From: Ascoidea asiatica JCM 7603
Taxonomy: Eukaryota > Fungi > Ascomycota
DNA length: 64,000 nt
Direction of reading: 5' to 3'
Assembly (NCBI GenBank): GCA_001600695.1
Contig: BCKQ01000004.1
Span: 951,489 to 1,015,488, forward strand
Shown: positions 33,237 through 46,300 of the stretch, in pieces
Numbering within the stretch: position 1 is the first letter of the stretch
Layout of the letters: each line of letters starts with the position of its first letter
Position numbers and translations under genes: made by a program
The notes under the pieces: generated by a model
What the model was told of the DNA's origin: nothing
What the model saw: the letters and a program-made list of their open reading frames with translations, nothing else
Database searches by the model: none

Positions 33237-34259
33237 ATGGTTTTGTATTACATTGGGCAATTTTTAAAAATACGGGGTTGTCATTATCAATATCTTGGTT
33301 GTATTTTTTTAGTTTTATCTCAGGTACAAGCCTCTTTTAAAAACTCTCGACATATATAAATTTTCAAGGGACAGAATGAAATAACTGATAATATAAGTTT
33401 CATATATTTTATATTCTCTTCTTATTTTTTATACACTTTATACACACTTTATACTATAATAATAATAATAATATTAACACTAACACAAAATGAAACTAAC
33501 GTTACTGTAGAGCAAAAACCGAGGTGAGATTTCCGGGCCCTCTTTAAATCGCAAAAATATGTTCCAAGAAACTGGCTTCGTTGGCTTAAATAGCTGAATA
33601 ATCAAAAAATTGATCAAAAAATTTAAATAAAAGAAGAAGAAACCAAAAAAAAAAAAAAGCAAGTAACCATAATTCAAATAATTTGCACCTCACCATTAAA
33701 GAAAAATTTAATTTGCACTGTTTTTGTAACTCCAATTCTCTGTTTTCAAGTTCTTATTCGCAATACTTTCATGATTTGTTCAATTATTGATGGTATTCTG
33801 GAGTGCCTTATTCGGATTATCTCCGCAACTCGTTTAGCGTCAAGCCGGTATTAACTCCGCATTCCGTTTCTGAAAAAAAAAGTCGAAATTTTCAGAAATT
33901 TTTGAATTTTACAAAAAGTTTTATAAAATTTACTGTGTTTTTTAGAAGAAACATGCTAAAACTTTTGGTGAGTTACAAGTCGAAATTGCTCGAATAAGAG
34001 CTGGAAAACAATCTCTGTTCATTCTTTTTTTTTCTGGTTTCTTCATTTTCTTATAAATTTTTCTTTGTTAATTGTTATCGTTATCTCCACCAAGCGGATT
34101 TAATCAAAATTCAAGACTTCTTTTTTTATTGCTAAATTTATATTAGAAATATAAAATAAATAAAAGATTTAATTTATATAAAGCATGAGAAATAGCTCTT
34201 TAATTTTTTAATCAAATCATGATTTTTTGATTATTATTAAAGATACAAAGTTTTTCAAA

Positions 34260-35822
34260 ATGAATCAAGAAGAAATTGTAATGAAAAAGGAAGATTTTTC
34301 AAATAATTTAACAATTGAAAATAATTATTCAAGTAATGAACAAAATCTGATTGAAAGAAATCAAGAAACTAATTTACAAGATGTTTATTTGCCAATTGAT
34401 TTAGAAAAAAATCTAGAAAATGATAATGATGATAATAATAATAATAATATTGTAAATAGTAGAGATTTAAAAAATGAGAAAATGAATGAATTTGAAGTAC
34501 CTGATGGAGGTTATGGTTGGTTTATAGTTTTAGCTTTTCATTTGATATCATTTTGTACTTGGGGTTGTAATAGTGGATTTGCAATTTTTTTAGCTTATTA
34601 TTTGAATAATGATATTTTCAAAAATTCTTCAAAATTAGATTTTGCTGCAATTGGTGGTTTAGCTTTTGGAGCAGGAGTAATTTTAGCACCTTTTATAACA
34701 TATCTTTCAACTAGATATGGTTTTAAAATTATTATTACAATTGGTTGTATAATTGAATTTATTGCAATGATGTTAGCTAGTTTTGCAAGTCATAATCATA
34801 TTTGGCAATTATATTTAACTCAAGGTCTTTTACAAGGTTATGGTTTAGCTTTTACTTATGTTCCTGCAAGTGTTATAATACCACAATGGTTTAAAAAAAG
34901 AAGAACTCTAGCAAATGGTCTTGCTGCAAGTGGTTCTGGTACTGGTGGTATATATTTTGCATTAACTGGTGGTAAAATTTTAGATACTTTAGGTGTTAGA
35001 TGGGCTCAAAGAATTCAAGCTATAGTTTGTTTTGCTTTAACTTTAATTGCAATTCTTTTGTTAAAAGATAGATCAAAAAAAATTAAACCTGAGATTAAAA
35101 TTATTGATAAACAAGTTTTATTCTCAAAATCTTTTTGGTTATCTATTTTTTGGGTATCTTCAACAATTCTTTCATATGTTGTTGTTCAATATAGTATTAG
35201 TGATTTTACTGAAATTTTAGGTTATTCAAATTATCAAGGTTCAATTTCTTCAACAATGATTGGTGTTGGAGCTTTATTTTTTAGACCATTCTTAGGTCAT
35301 CTTGGTGATATTTTTGGTTCAATTACAACTGGAATTTTTGTTTATTTAATATGTTCAATTTTATGTTTTACTTTATGGATTTTAGGTAAAAATTATGCAA
35401 GTGCTTTAATGCTTGGATTATTTGTTGGTGGTTTAATGGGATTTATATGGCCTGCTTTAGGTTCAATAATTCCTAGAGTTGTGGGTTTAAAAAAATTAAA
35501 TGTTGTATTTGGTATGGTTTGGTTATTTATTGGTGGTATTGGAATAATTTCACCTGTAATTGGAGTTGAATTAAAAGGTGCAGTCAATCAATCAAATAAT
35601 TTCATTAATCACAATGCTTATTTACATCCTGCAATTTTTGCTGGATCATTTTTTCTTGCAGCTTCTTTTTCTTTATTTGTTTTAAGAGCTTATGTAATTG
35701 CAAGAGAAACTTTAGCTGAAAAAGTTGTTGATTCAGATTTAGGTAATGAAGCATTTATCAAAGTTCCTTGGATTTTGATATTTAAAAATCTATTTACTAT
35801 CAAAACTTCATCATTAATTTAA
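34260..35822 (+). CDS. MFS monocarboxylate-porter family transporter (MCH2/ESBP6-like)
   Basis: PDGGYGW, IIPQWFKKRRTLANGLAASGSGTGG and about 12 hydrophobic segments; first ATG at 34260. Confidence 0.88.
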   Translation: MNQEEIVMKKEDFSNNLTIENNYSSNEQNLIERNQETNLQDVYLPIDLEKNLENDNDDNNNNNIVNSRDLKNEKMNEFEVPDGGYGWFIVLAFHLISFCTWGCNSGFAIFLAYYLNNDIFKNSSKLDFAAIGGLAFGAGVILAPFITYLSTRYGFKIIITIGCIIEFIAMMLASFASHNHIWQLYLTQGLLQGYGLAFTYVPASVIIPQWFKKRRTLANGLAASGSGTGGIYFALTGGKILDTLGVRWAQRIQAIVCFALTLIAILLLKDRSKKIKPEIKIIDKQVLFSKSFWLSIFWVSSTILSYVVVQYSISDFTEILGYSNYQGSISSTMIGVGALFFRPFLGHLGDIFGSITTGIFVYLICSILCFTLWILGKNYASALMLGLFVGGLMGFIWPALGSIIPRVVGLKKLNVVFGMVWLFIGGIGIISPVIGVELKGAVNQSNNFINHNAYLHPAIFAGSFFLAASFSLFVLRAYVIARETLAEKVVDSDLGNEAFIKVPWILIFKNLFTIKTSSLI

Positions 35823-38133
35823 TTCAAACATTTATATTCTTTAACATTCTTTGAAATGTTCTGTTTTTGGAGGTATTTTTCATACATAATATTTATATTC
35901 TTGAAATGGCTTTTAAACTCCTACCACTTTTATTACTAGTCACCTGACTGATATTTTTTATATGCCGAATTGTATGAAAATAATCTATTATTTGCCGAAA
36001 TTCGAAAATAAACAAACCCCCAAACTGCAGTGCTTTAGTAATAAATTCGTAGTAATTCATAACTATATCAAAGATTATAAGCAATTTACACTTATTTCTT
36101 CAGATCTGATTGAAAATCATACTTCTATAGAATAGGCATGTTTAAAAAAACAAACCAAAAATTTCAAAGCAATGAAAAAGAGCATTCAATGAAGAAAATT
36201 TCTAAAAAAATCAATGAAGAAAGAGTTCAATAATAAACAAAAAATAGTATAATAGATTAAATAATTTTATTTTGTTTAAAAATTTGCAATTTGTGAAATT
36301 TCAAAATAATTCGTAGAATCGCTAACAGTATCAACAGGTACTAATTTTAGTATCCCAAAACTTATTGGAAAAACATAAAATAATATAATTATTTTTGAGT
36401 CTTTTTAAAAGCATTAGTAGTTAATTGTCTAAAATTTTCAAAAATGTGAAGGTAGTAAGCCTAAAAGGTTGTTCTTTTTCTTTTCAATTTCTTAATCATA
36501 AACACAACGGAAGTATTGCTGTGGAATGAAAAATGTTCAAAATTGTTTTTCTACTTCAAAAAAAAAGGAAATTTTAATTAAATGAATCCATATTTTAAAA
36601 TTTTTTTTTCCTACTACTGATTTTAATCACTATTCAAGACCATCAGATATAATTTCAATCACAATTGAATCTTTCAGTTTCCATACCCATTGAGTGTTTT
36701 CCGATTTCATTGATTTTCATGAAAAAGAATTGAAAAAAAAATTAGATAAAAATCAATCGGTAAATATTTCAAAAAAAAACACAAATGAGTAACCAAAAAT
36801 TCAGTTAGAGTAAAGAAAAGTAAATTCACTGATATTTGTAATTCCCTTCAATGATATCGGATCTTTTGAAAGAGCCACTTATACACGCTGACATTTTCTT
36901 CTATAAATTCAAATATTTACATCTGTTGCAGAAATAACAAAAGGATGTTTTGTTGGGGACAATGAAAATATATCTGGAGAAGCCTTGAAAAAAAGAACCT
37001 TTTCTTATAATATCTGAGCTCATTTGAAGGAACTGACATGCTGATTTATCTCCTTTAATAAATAACTAGGATTATTTGTTAAAATTTTGTTAGTTTGATA
37101 TTTTGCTTAATTTCCACCCAATTAATTCCTTATTGACAATTTTCATTCCACAATAAGTTTTCTGAAAATCCAATTATTTCATATTTACTTAAAAACAGTA
37201 TATAGAAAAAAATAATAAAAAAAGATTAATCACATTTTACTTACTCTACTATAAAACATGTAAACAAAAATTTTTTCTCCAGTAATTTCACTGAGTGATT
37301 GATTCATTTGTAATAAACATTGTCTAATAATAATATTGAAATGCTGATAAGAGGAAGATTTAATGGAAAGAAATAGTGGTTCTGCGCGCTTTTTCTAGTC
37401 GAGTGTATTTTGAAATTGTGTGTATTTACGATTCCATGTCTATTGTTTTGTTTGTTTACAGTATTCCTGATTTGGCGGTTCTGAAGACGAGCAAATCCGG
37501 TTAGTGTTGACGCGTACGGAGACTGAGTTAATTGAATCCTGGTTTAGGAGTCATGGTTTGAAATTCATGGGTTGTTGAAGAAAGAAGATGAATTTTGGGT
37601 CTCTGGAACTAAAGAAGGTTTAAAATTATTAAAAATTATTAACTTAACCTGGTAAATTACTTTCAAAAAATATACAAATTTCATTTAAGCATTAAGTCAA
37701 ATTAAGCTAATTTCAATAATATTGTCAATTTATAAAAATTGGGAACAAGGAATAGAAATAATTAAAAAGAATCCAAAGAAATCAAAGGAATTAAAAGAAT
37801 TGGTTACTTTAGGATAATTGAAATTTCAAATAATAAATATTATTATTCAGACTGGTAACGTAATATTTTATTCAATAGATTCTCTATTAAATATTTAAAC
37901 AATACTTGTGATAATTAATTATCAATTGGTTATTTTTAAAGCTGACCTTGTTCTTTTATTCATTTACTTTAGTATATCTGTAACAAAATTTCACTTTAAA
38001 TTTTTAGTTTCTCAAAAAGATACAATTTTATTTTATTTCATAAATTATTATATTTTAAAAAATTACTCAATTTTTCAATCATTTAATAATCAGTTAATTT
38101 TAAATTTTCAAATAAATCAAATTTAAATTCAAG

Positions 38134-39924
38134 ATGAATTCTCAATTGAAAACTCCTCCTTCATCAAGTAAAAATATCTCATCAAAAAAAAATGAAGTTA
38201 ATGAAAGTGTTAAGGAATTAACCATCAATGATAATTATGATGATAATTATGATGAAAATGAAGTTTATTCTTCTTCAACTTCAATTTTATCTACAAAAGA
38301 ACAATCAAATCAAAATGATACTAGAAATAAATCATCAAATGATTATAATTACGATTATAAAAATGAAAATTATCAATCTCAATTAACTTCATTATCATTT
38401 AATGATTTCAAACAATACATTTTATTAAAGCTAAAATCTGGTAAAAGTAATTCAAAATATTATTCCTCAAAGTTTCTATCGTAAGTTTGAATTAATTTTT
38501 TTAACCATATTTAATTATTTTCCAATTCAATCACTAACTCTTTTAATTATTATTCCATTTCCAAATAGAATTGCATTCATTTTGGCTAAGAAATTCAAAA
38601 TCAATTATGTTGATACTGCAATTGCCTTTGCATACAACCATCCAATTATTGTCGTAAGTAATTATTATTTTTCTCTGTTCCCTCCTTAATTGTCTTGTTT
38701 GAAAAATACACTCAATTTACTTTTAGATTTCATGCTTGAAGGTTTTTATTTTATTTTTTCTTTTATTTTTTATGTTTTTTCATAGTTTTCTGATTCCTGG
38801 TTCGATTCTCACCTCAGCGCTTAATTTGATTATCTTCTTTTCTTTTTTTCTTCTTTTGTTTATTTATTTCTCTTGCATTACTACCCATTTCCCTTCTCTT
38901 CCTTTCTCTTATTTTCTTTCTTTTCCTTTATTTTATCTGAATTACTTATTTCTTGATTATTTTAGTACTTTTGTGCTTGTATCTCAATTTGAATGTTCGA
39001 ATCTATTAAAAATCAATCAATCAATCAATCAATTCATCCTTTTATTTATTTATTCATATATTAATTCATCAAATAGAAAATTTGTTATTCAACTCAACTG
39101 GTTTATCATTTTGTTTTTTTTTCAATTCAATTCAATTCAAATTCCAGTTTTTACTCTAGAATAAATCAATTGAAGAATCATTTACTAACATAAACATATT
39201 TCAAATTTATTAATAAATTAAATTAAAGACTTTCATTTTATCAACTTTATTCATAACTTCTCCAATTTTAATTCCTTTATCAATAATGGTTTTTATCAGC
39301 GCTTTTATCTCATTTGTTGTTTTCATGACTTCTTTATCTTTTTGGATTATTGCTGTATTCATTTTAATGCCTTTAATTTTATCTGTTACTGCTTTTTTAG
39401 TTTTATCATTTTTAGCTTTATCTACAGCTTATTCATTTTATATAACTTATTCTGATCCAGAATCAAAAGGTAGATCTTTTTTAAGAGATTTAGCTGATAG
39501 AATTCCTCCTTCTGTTGGTATTAGTCAAGTTTCCTCAAAACCAAAACCAAATCCAAAAGAAAATTCAAATCCTAATCCAAATCCAAATCTAAATCCAAAT
39601 CCAAATCCAAATCCAAATCCAAATCCAAATCCAAATCCAAATCCAAATCCAATTTCTGTTCCTACTCAAACTCAAAATCCAATTTCTTCTGAATCTAATT
39701 CTAAAAATCAATCACAATCACAACCTCAAACTCAACCTCAACCGATAATTTCTGATTCAGTTCCAACTGAAACTAAAAATCAACCTTCAACTACATCTTT
39801 AAATTCTTCAATTTCAAAGCCTGTAGTAGTTTTAACCAATACTTCTGAAAAACTTGCCACTGATTCTTTAAGTGAATTAAAAGCTGGTTTAAAACCTACT
39901 ACTGCTAATAAATCCAAAGTTTAA
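38134..39924 (+). CDS. Three-exon promethin/LDAF1/Ldo45-like lipid droplet protein (exons 38134-38480, 38569-38653, 39229-39924; 375 aa)
   Basis: Donors GTAAGT at 38481 and 38654; branch points CACTAAC (38532) and TACTAAC (39183); acceptors TAG (38568) and AAG (39228). The joined frame is open: ..KFLSIAFILAKKFKINYVDTAIAFAYNHPIIVTFILSTLFITSPILIPLSIMVF.. Confidence 0.8.
39567..39651 (+). repeat. Coding (AATCCA)n microsatellite encoding an (Asn-Pro)n linker
   Basis: About 14 near-perfect hexamer units are visible. Confidence 0.9.
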
Positions 39925-40385
39925 TTAATGTTTTCTTAGGGTTCTTCTAAAGTTTTTTTAAACTTTAATACAAAAAATTCAAATTTCATATTTGCTATAA
40001 CAATAAAGATACAATCTCATGTTTTTAAAAAAATAATGAGAAACAAAAAAAAACACCTGCTTTTTGATGTTTTTATCAACTTAAACCTTTTTTTATTTAA
40101 TTTTTTTTCATCTTTATATGTTTATATTTTTGGTGTTTAGGTGCTTTTTATTTTTGCTTATGATACTTTTTGGCTATTTAATAAAAAAAAAATGTGGTTT
40201 GGTTATCCTAATTTTGTTTATTGATTATTCTTATTTATTTCTATTCATTTTCATTTTTATTTCCTTACCTTTCTTTTTATGATTCTTATTATATTCGAAA
40301 AATATTTTCTATTTTAATAAATACATATACTCTACAAATATAATAATTAATTATCATAATCGAATCTTTAAATTAAATATTTAAA

Positions 40386-43300
40386 TTACATATCAAATAG
40401 ATCATTATATATATCTTGTTCACATGCTTCAATATCCGGTATTGATAATGCATAAATTTTTTCAAAATTAATTAAACTTAATGAATCAAAAAATGGTTTT
40501 AATGAACTTACATTTTCAATTTTTTTATATCCAAATAATGAGGGTTTTCTTAATTTATCAATCTCATCTTTTTCATTTATATCCGTTTCCATATTAATTT
40601 TTCTTATATCTTGTGTTGATAATCCAATTTTGAAAAAACTTAAATTTGAAATTCTATCAATTAATCCAAACATTGAATTATCACTTGTACTATAATCCGC
40701 TCCAATTATATCAGAAATAAAAATCCATTCATTAAGATTAAAATCTTCATAATTTAAACATAATAAAAGATCTAATAATTTACATGAACTTAATAAATTA
40801 TTCAAGTTAATTGAATTAAACTCTTCTTCTGTACAATCTAAAACACTTTGAAATGATTTATGTAATGATGTTATTATGAATGTCCAATATGATGTTAAAT
40901 GCGTTTCTGAAAATTTTAATAATATTGCTCTTAAACATAAAAAAATTTCTGCTTGTAATGTATCTGAAACAGAAGAAATATCTTGTAATTTACTCATTAA
41001 ATCTTTTAGAATTAAAATATAACTATCTTTTGGTGATATTATTATTAGATAAATAACTCTTTGAATTTTTAAAATTTTAGAATAAATTTCTGTTTCATTC
41101 CAACTAAATAAAGCTGTTGAACTTGCTCCATGTGATTGAATTTTTGAAACCAACTCTAACATTTTGTCTTTATCTGAAGATATCCAGTTTCTTATTATTT
41201 GATTCCATGAAATCGTTGAATTAACACTTATACTAAAAAAATTTGGATCAGAAAATATGTCATATATTGTTAATTTCCAGGTCTTGACACTTTGAGCAAC
41301 ACTACTTAAATCTACAATCAAATCAATCATATAAGAAGGTAAATTAGGAAAAGCCTTAGACTTAAGAGCAGGAGTAACTATATTTAAAATTATTGATGTT
41401 AAAGCAGTAGTAATCTTATCATTCTCTTGAATAATAATATATAGATGAGGTAAAATAGTTTGAATGGCTTTACAAACATCATCCTGTAATAATTCAGAGT
41501 TGGCTTTTGGGCTTCCAATCTTTTCGGTTATTGCCGAGGAAACACCTGAACTCAATGAAAAAGAACTGTTTTTATATGAGGTTGTAGTTGTTCCATTTGT
41601 TTTAATACTTTGAGGGGATAAAGGAGAAGTTGACATAGCTTCTTGAATAGCATTTGGTGAAATAGTTATTCTTGAAGACACATTTAATGAAAGAAGTTTT
41701 AAAAATAGATCAGATATTTCTCTTCTAACTCTTCTTTGCTCACCAAACTTAGATCTTGATAGCTTTTCTCCTAAAACCCCGTTAAACAGAAGTGCAAAGG
41801 GTAAAATATTCACATATAGAGTTGAACTATTATATATTTCTTTCAAAAAAGATATACTTTCCAACCAAATATCTTCAACTGCAGAATTTTCAAGTGATTT
41901 TAAATATTCAACCAAAAACTGGCAAAGGGTCTTTTCATTTAAGCTATCATTAACAGCTAATTGGATTGTCATTTTATATTTCGAAGGAACAATATCTGGG
42001 TTCAATTTTATATTAATTAAGTTGAAAATATTTGGAATTGTAAGCTGAGGTCTACCGCCATCTAAAACATGCAATATTTTAAATACTGATGATGCAAATA
42101 TATTATCTCTTACCATTAGGGTTTGAAGAATTTCCAAAGGTTGAAGCAGATATAGTTTTTCCAAAAGCTTTTTTGATCTGAATTTGATTTTGGAGACATG
42201 ATAGTTCATAGATTTGATTAGATTAATATCATTCTTAGAATTGTATTTATTTGAATAAGAATTCAAAGTTTTAGAATTAAAAAGCTGCCAGTGAGTCTTT
42301 TTTTCAGACCATGACCAAATCTCCATACATATCTTGGAAGCTTCTTGAAAACAATAAATAATCACTAACTTTTTATTTTCTTCAGCAGTCCTTGCCATTG
42401 GAGTTTCAACTGCAAAAACTCCTGATATAACGGTCCCGAAGAAGCCTGGATCATTACTTTGAGGTTTTGCAGTAACCATCTTCGCTTCACTTGAAGAAAT
42501 GTATATATGGGCAAAGGATAAGATGTCTTCTAGTGCATTCATCAATAAGGCTACAGAATCATCGAAATCATATCTTAATGAGGTTTTAGTTTTGTCGATT
42601 TTCGCTTTCTCATCTTCCTCACCAAAGCATTGTACCATTCCTTCAAATAGTTCTCTAATTTTGGCACAAATACACTCGGTTAATGGCGTTATAACTTGAG
42701 CAATTGAATCTCCAAAATAAGCTGTACTATCTGAAAGTAAACTAGACCAATGTTTAATAAGAATAGCATTATTTGTATACTTTAAACTGTAAATTAAATA
42801 AGGTAAAAAATTGATACTATCTGAGTTTTCAATTTCTTCCTGATTTCTCAGCAAAAGATATGAACTTGCATCTTCAACAGAAAACATATCGAGCCTTATT
42901 TTTTGGGTATAGGCAATTTTCAAGGAATAGGAAATAAGATTTAGAAAACTGACAAGAATATAATCAAAAACTGGACAACTTGAAGAAGAATTTAGTTTTT
43001 TGAAGTATTTGAATGATATTTTAAGCAAGAGAGGAGGTATCATATTAAAACTTTTTTCTTTTCCGTTTAACAAAATTTCCAATAATTTTAATGAGCATCT
43101 CAGTGCTTTGGTAAAAGAATCTGAAGTTGAATTGACTGTTAAAATATTTTTGTCAAGTTCTGTGGATAAAAAAGATATCAAAGTTGCAATAACTAAGTTT
43201 TTGTATGTTGAAATATCAAGTTTTTCACTTAGATTATCATCTAATATTTGAGATTGAAGTTCTTCATCTAAGACAGTTAATTCATTGCTAAATGTCGGAA

Positions 43301-46300
43301 TCATTAAAGAAGTGTTCACATTTAGCACATTAATAATTGTTTCTACTTGATAACAATATAAATCAATATCATCAATAAGAGTTAATTCTTTATCCACATA
43401 TTTTAAAAATTCGGTTTTTGCAAGTGGAACTGTAATCATTTTGTAAAATCTATTAGCTGATCCAGAATTGACAATTGAAAGAATTGCGTTAGAAGCTATC
43501 AAATAATCTGGGGAACCGCAATCTGTTAGATCATCTAAGACTAATTGTAAGGGTCTGGCTAAAATTATATCAGTAGTCACACTATTTCCAGTAAGGTTGG
43601 CAGTATGATTCCATAATACCGAAAAGGCAGTCAATCTATCTTGTCTATTGGATTTTATAAATAACAGAGAGAGGACAGACTCTATAGCATGAGCATCTAC
43701 ACCCAATTCCAAATTAAGAATATGTTTCACAGATTCTACTTGATATCTTCCAGAGCAATCAAGCATACAATTCCAAAGAAGTGAGATTAAAATTACTAAA
43801 AGCTCATTTTTTAACTTTAAAGAAATATTTTTTACAACTTCATTGAAAATATTTGCAAATCCAAAGGAAATAGAAACATAATTTAAATCTAAAATTGACT
43901 TTTTCTCTAATTTTGAAGGTTCTTTTGTTGAACTGATCGATAATCCGTATATCATTTCGCTTATGGAATTAATGTCAATCTCAGTTGACATTTCAAAATC
44001 ATCAATGGAATCATTTAAGACCTCTTCGATCGGATTACTTTCAATTAAACTATTTTCAGAAGATTTAGTGAGATTATCTAACCCTATTAATTCTTGTAAT
44101 AGTATATCATTAGTCCAAGCAGAAGAGTCAGAAGCTGTCATTGGAATTTTTTCTAATATGTCCGATAACAAGTCGCAATAATAATAACAAACATCCTTTC
44201 TAGCCCTTAAGCATTTCCAAACTAGAAGTGTTGATGCATTTGAAATCATTAGAGATAAATCAGAAGATGGTAATGGAGGAGAAATATCATCATTATCATT
44301 ATAGTTATAATTGTATTGGAATCCTAAAATTTCTGGATTGAACATTTCTAATTTAGATTCGTCATCATTCATTTTAGAATAGTAATGAGAAATTATGTTA
44401 AAAGATTCAATGGAAAATTGTTCAAATATTTCATCACTTGCTTTTATTAAATCTTTTTCAGTAAGGTTAGATTTTTGATTATTGAATAATTTATATAAAG
44501 ATTTATTATGAGCATGCTCAGCTGGTAAAAATGCTCTTTGTGGAATTAGACTTATTATTGTTTTAACTAAATTATACCATTCATAAATATCAAATGATTT
44601 ATTATCAGATAAAGAAACATTTTTGCTATTACAAACAATAGAAGTTGAAGGCTGATAAAGTTGCTTTTTTGTACTATTATTTTCTTTTTGAGATGAATTA
44701 TTTGCATCAGATATTAAAATATAATCATCATTATAAATCCTTTTCAATAATAATAAAAATAATGTTAAAGGTAAATGATGAATAATCATTTCTTCATCAG
44801 AAACATTAAAATGATTTAAACAAAATTGAACAGACTTAAGTCTATTAGTATTTATAAGTTTAAATAAATCTGACCATATATTAATTGGTTCGACATTATC
44901 AAAAAGAGCAGAAGCACTTTTCAATACTTCATTAAATTGTAAATCTTGAGTTGTATTTTCATTATTTATATCACCAATTGGAGAATTTAATTGTTCGTAA
45001 GTTTTTTCAACTGATATTAAACATGGTATAAAAATTTTTGGAATTATCAATGAACCAATTTCCCATTTATCCATAATTGCCAAACAAATTTTATAAGCTT
45101 GAATTTTTTGTTTATATAGAGGAATTGCAAATCTTTGATTATTTTCATTACCTTTAATCAATTTTAATAAACCGGAAATTAAATAATTCATACCAAATTT
45201 TTTAAAATAGTCAATTCTATTTTTTGTTTTTGCAGTGCCTGTTGGAGTTATTGGAGTTTGTAAATCATTTGATCCAGATTGTAAATTATTTTGTAATTTT
45301 GATAATGGTAATGAACTTCTCCTTGCCAGAAGAGAAGTATCTAAAGCTTCAGGGCCTAATAACCAATTCCATAATCTTCTATTTAGTGACATATCTTTTC
45401 TTAAAACAGTTGAAGAAGCAGCCATAATTAATTTCTCAACATCAGTTTTTAAAGCTAAATGTTGTAAAATATCAGACCTTAATTCTAATCTAGATACTAA
45501 AAGATCAAAAAAACCTCTTTGAACTAAAATATTTTCATCTCTTAGACCCTTAGAAAAAATTCTAATTAATAAACCAGTTTCTGGATTTATACATGCTCTA
45601 GCTTCTGCAGATAATGAATTTAAAATTTTATCTTTCATTATTTTATTTGAAGAAATATTAGATGAGTCTAGTTTCAACTTATCTTCTTTTATTGCCATTA
45701 ATGTTGGTGTCAGTATAGTCTTGATATCACTCGTATCTTTAGAATCTTTTGTATCTTTGGTGGTTGTTAATGGTGGATCATTAGATATTTTCATACTATT
45801 GAAATAAGGTAATCTTTTATTACACCATACTAGAGCACCTAATCTTCTATCTGGATTTGTTATAATTATTAGATAAATTGATTGCCAAAAGCAACAGTCA
45901 TCATTTAAATTTTTTTTTAAAGAATCAATTAAACCTAAAGCTTCATTAAAACATTCACTTGATTCATCATCAATTGCAGGTAATAAACTTGATAATAAAG
46001 CTTTTATCATAATTTTTAAATAATAAGGTTGAATTGTAATTATATAATTTTCAAATAATTCAATTATTGAAGGTTTAACAGAAATTGAAGCAAAAGAAAT
46101 TAAAGGTAGTAAACCTGGAATCCATATTGAAACTTGTTGAGAAAGTTTTTCAATACCAATTAAATTGAATATATAACTATAAAGTTCAATTGATTTTCTA
46201 TGAACACCACTTGGTAAATTTGGAGATAAACATTGAGCTAATTTTCTTGAAATTTCAAAAGAATATGAATTTGGAATCCATTTTTCTCTTGAATGAGCTT

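Noticed and set aside
36780-37060. Slightly GC-richer stretch in the 2.3-kb gap, considered as a gene/LTR relic or snoRNA
   Set aside because: The translation I tried has multiple stops and no recognisable domain. I found no convincing C/D boxes or terminal repeats.
38736-39164. 142-aa F/L/I-rich ORF
   Set aside because: It has a TTG start, lies wholly within predicted intron 2, and reflects T-rich composition.
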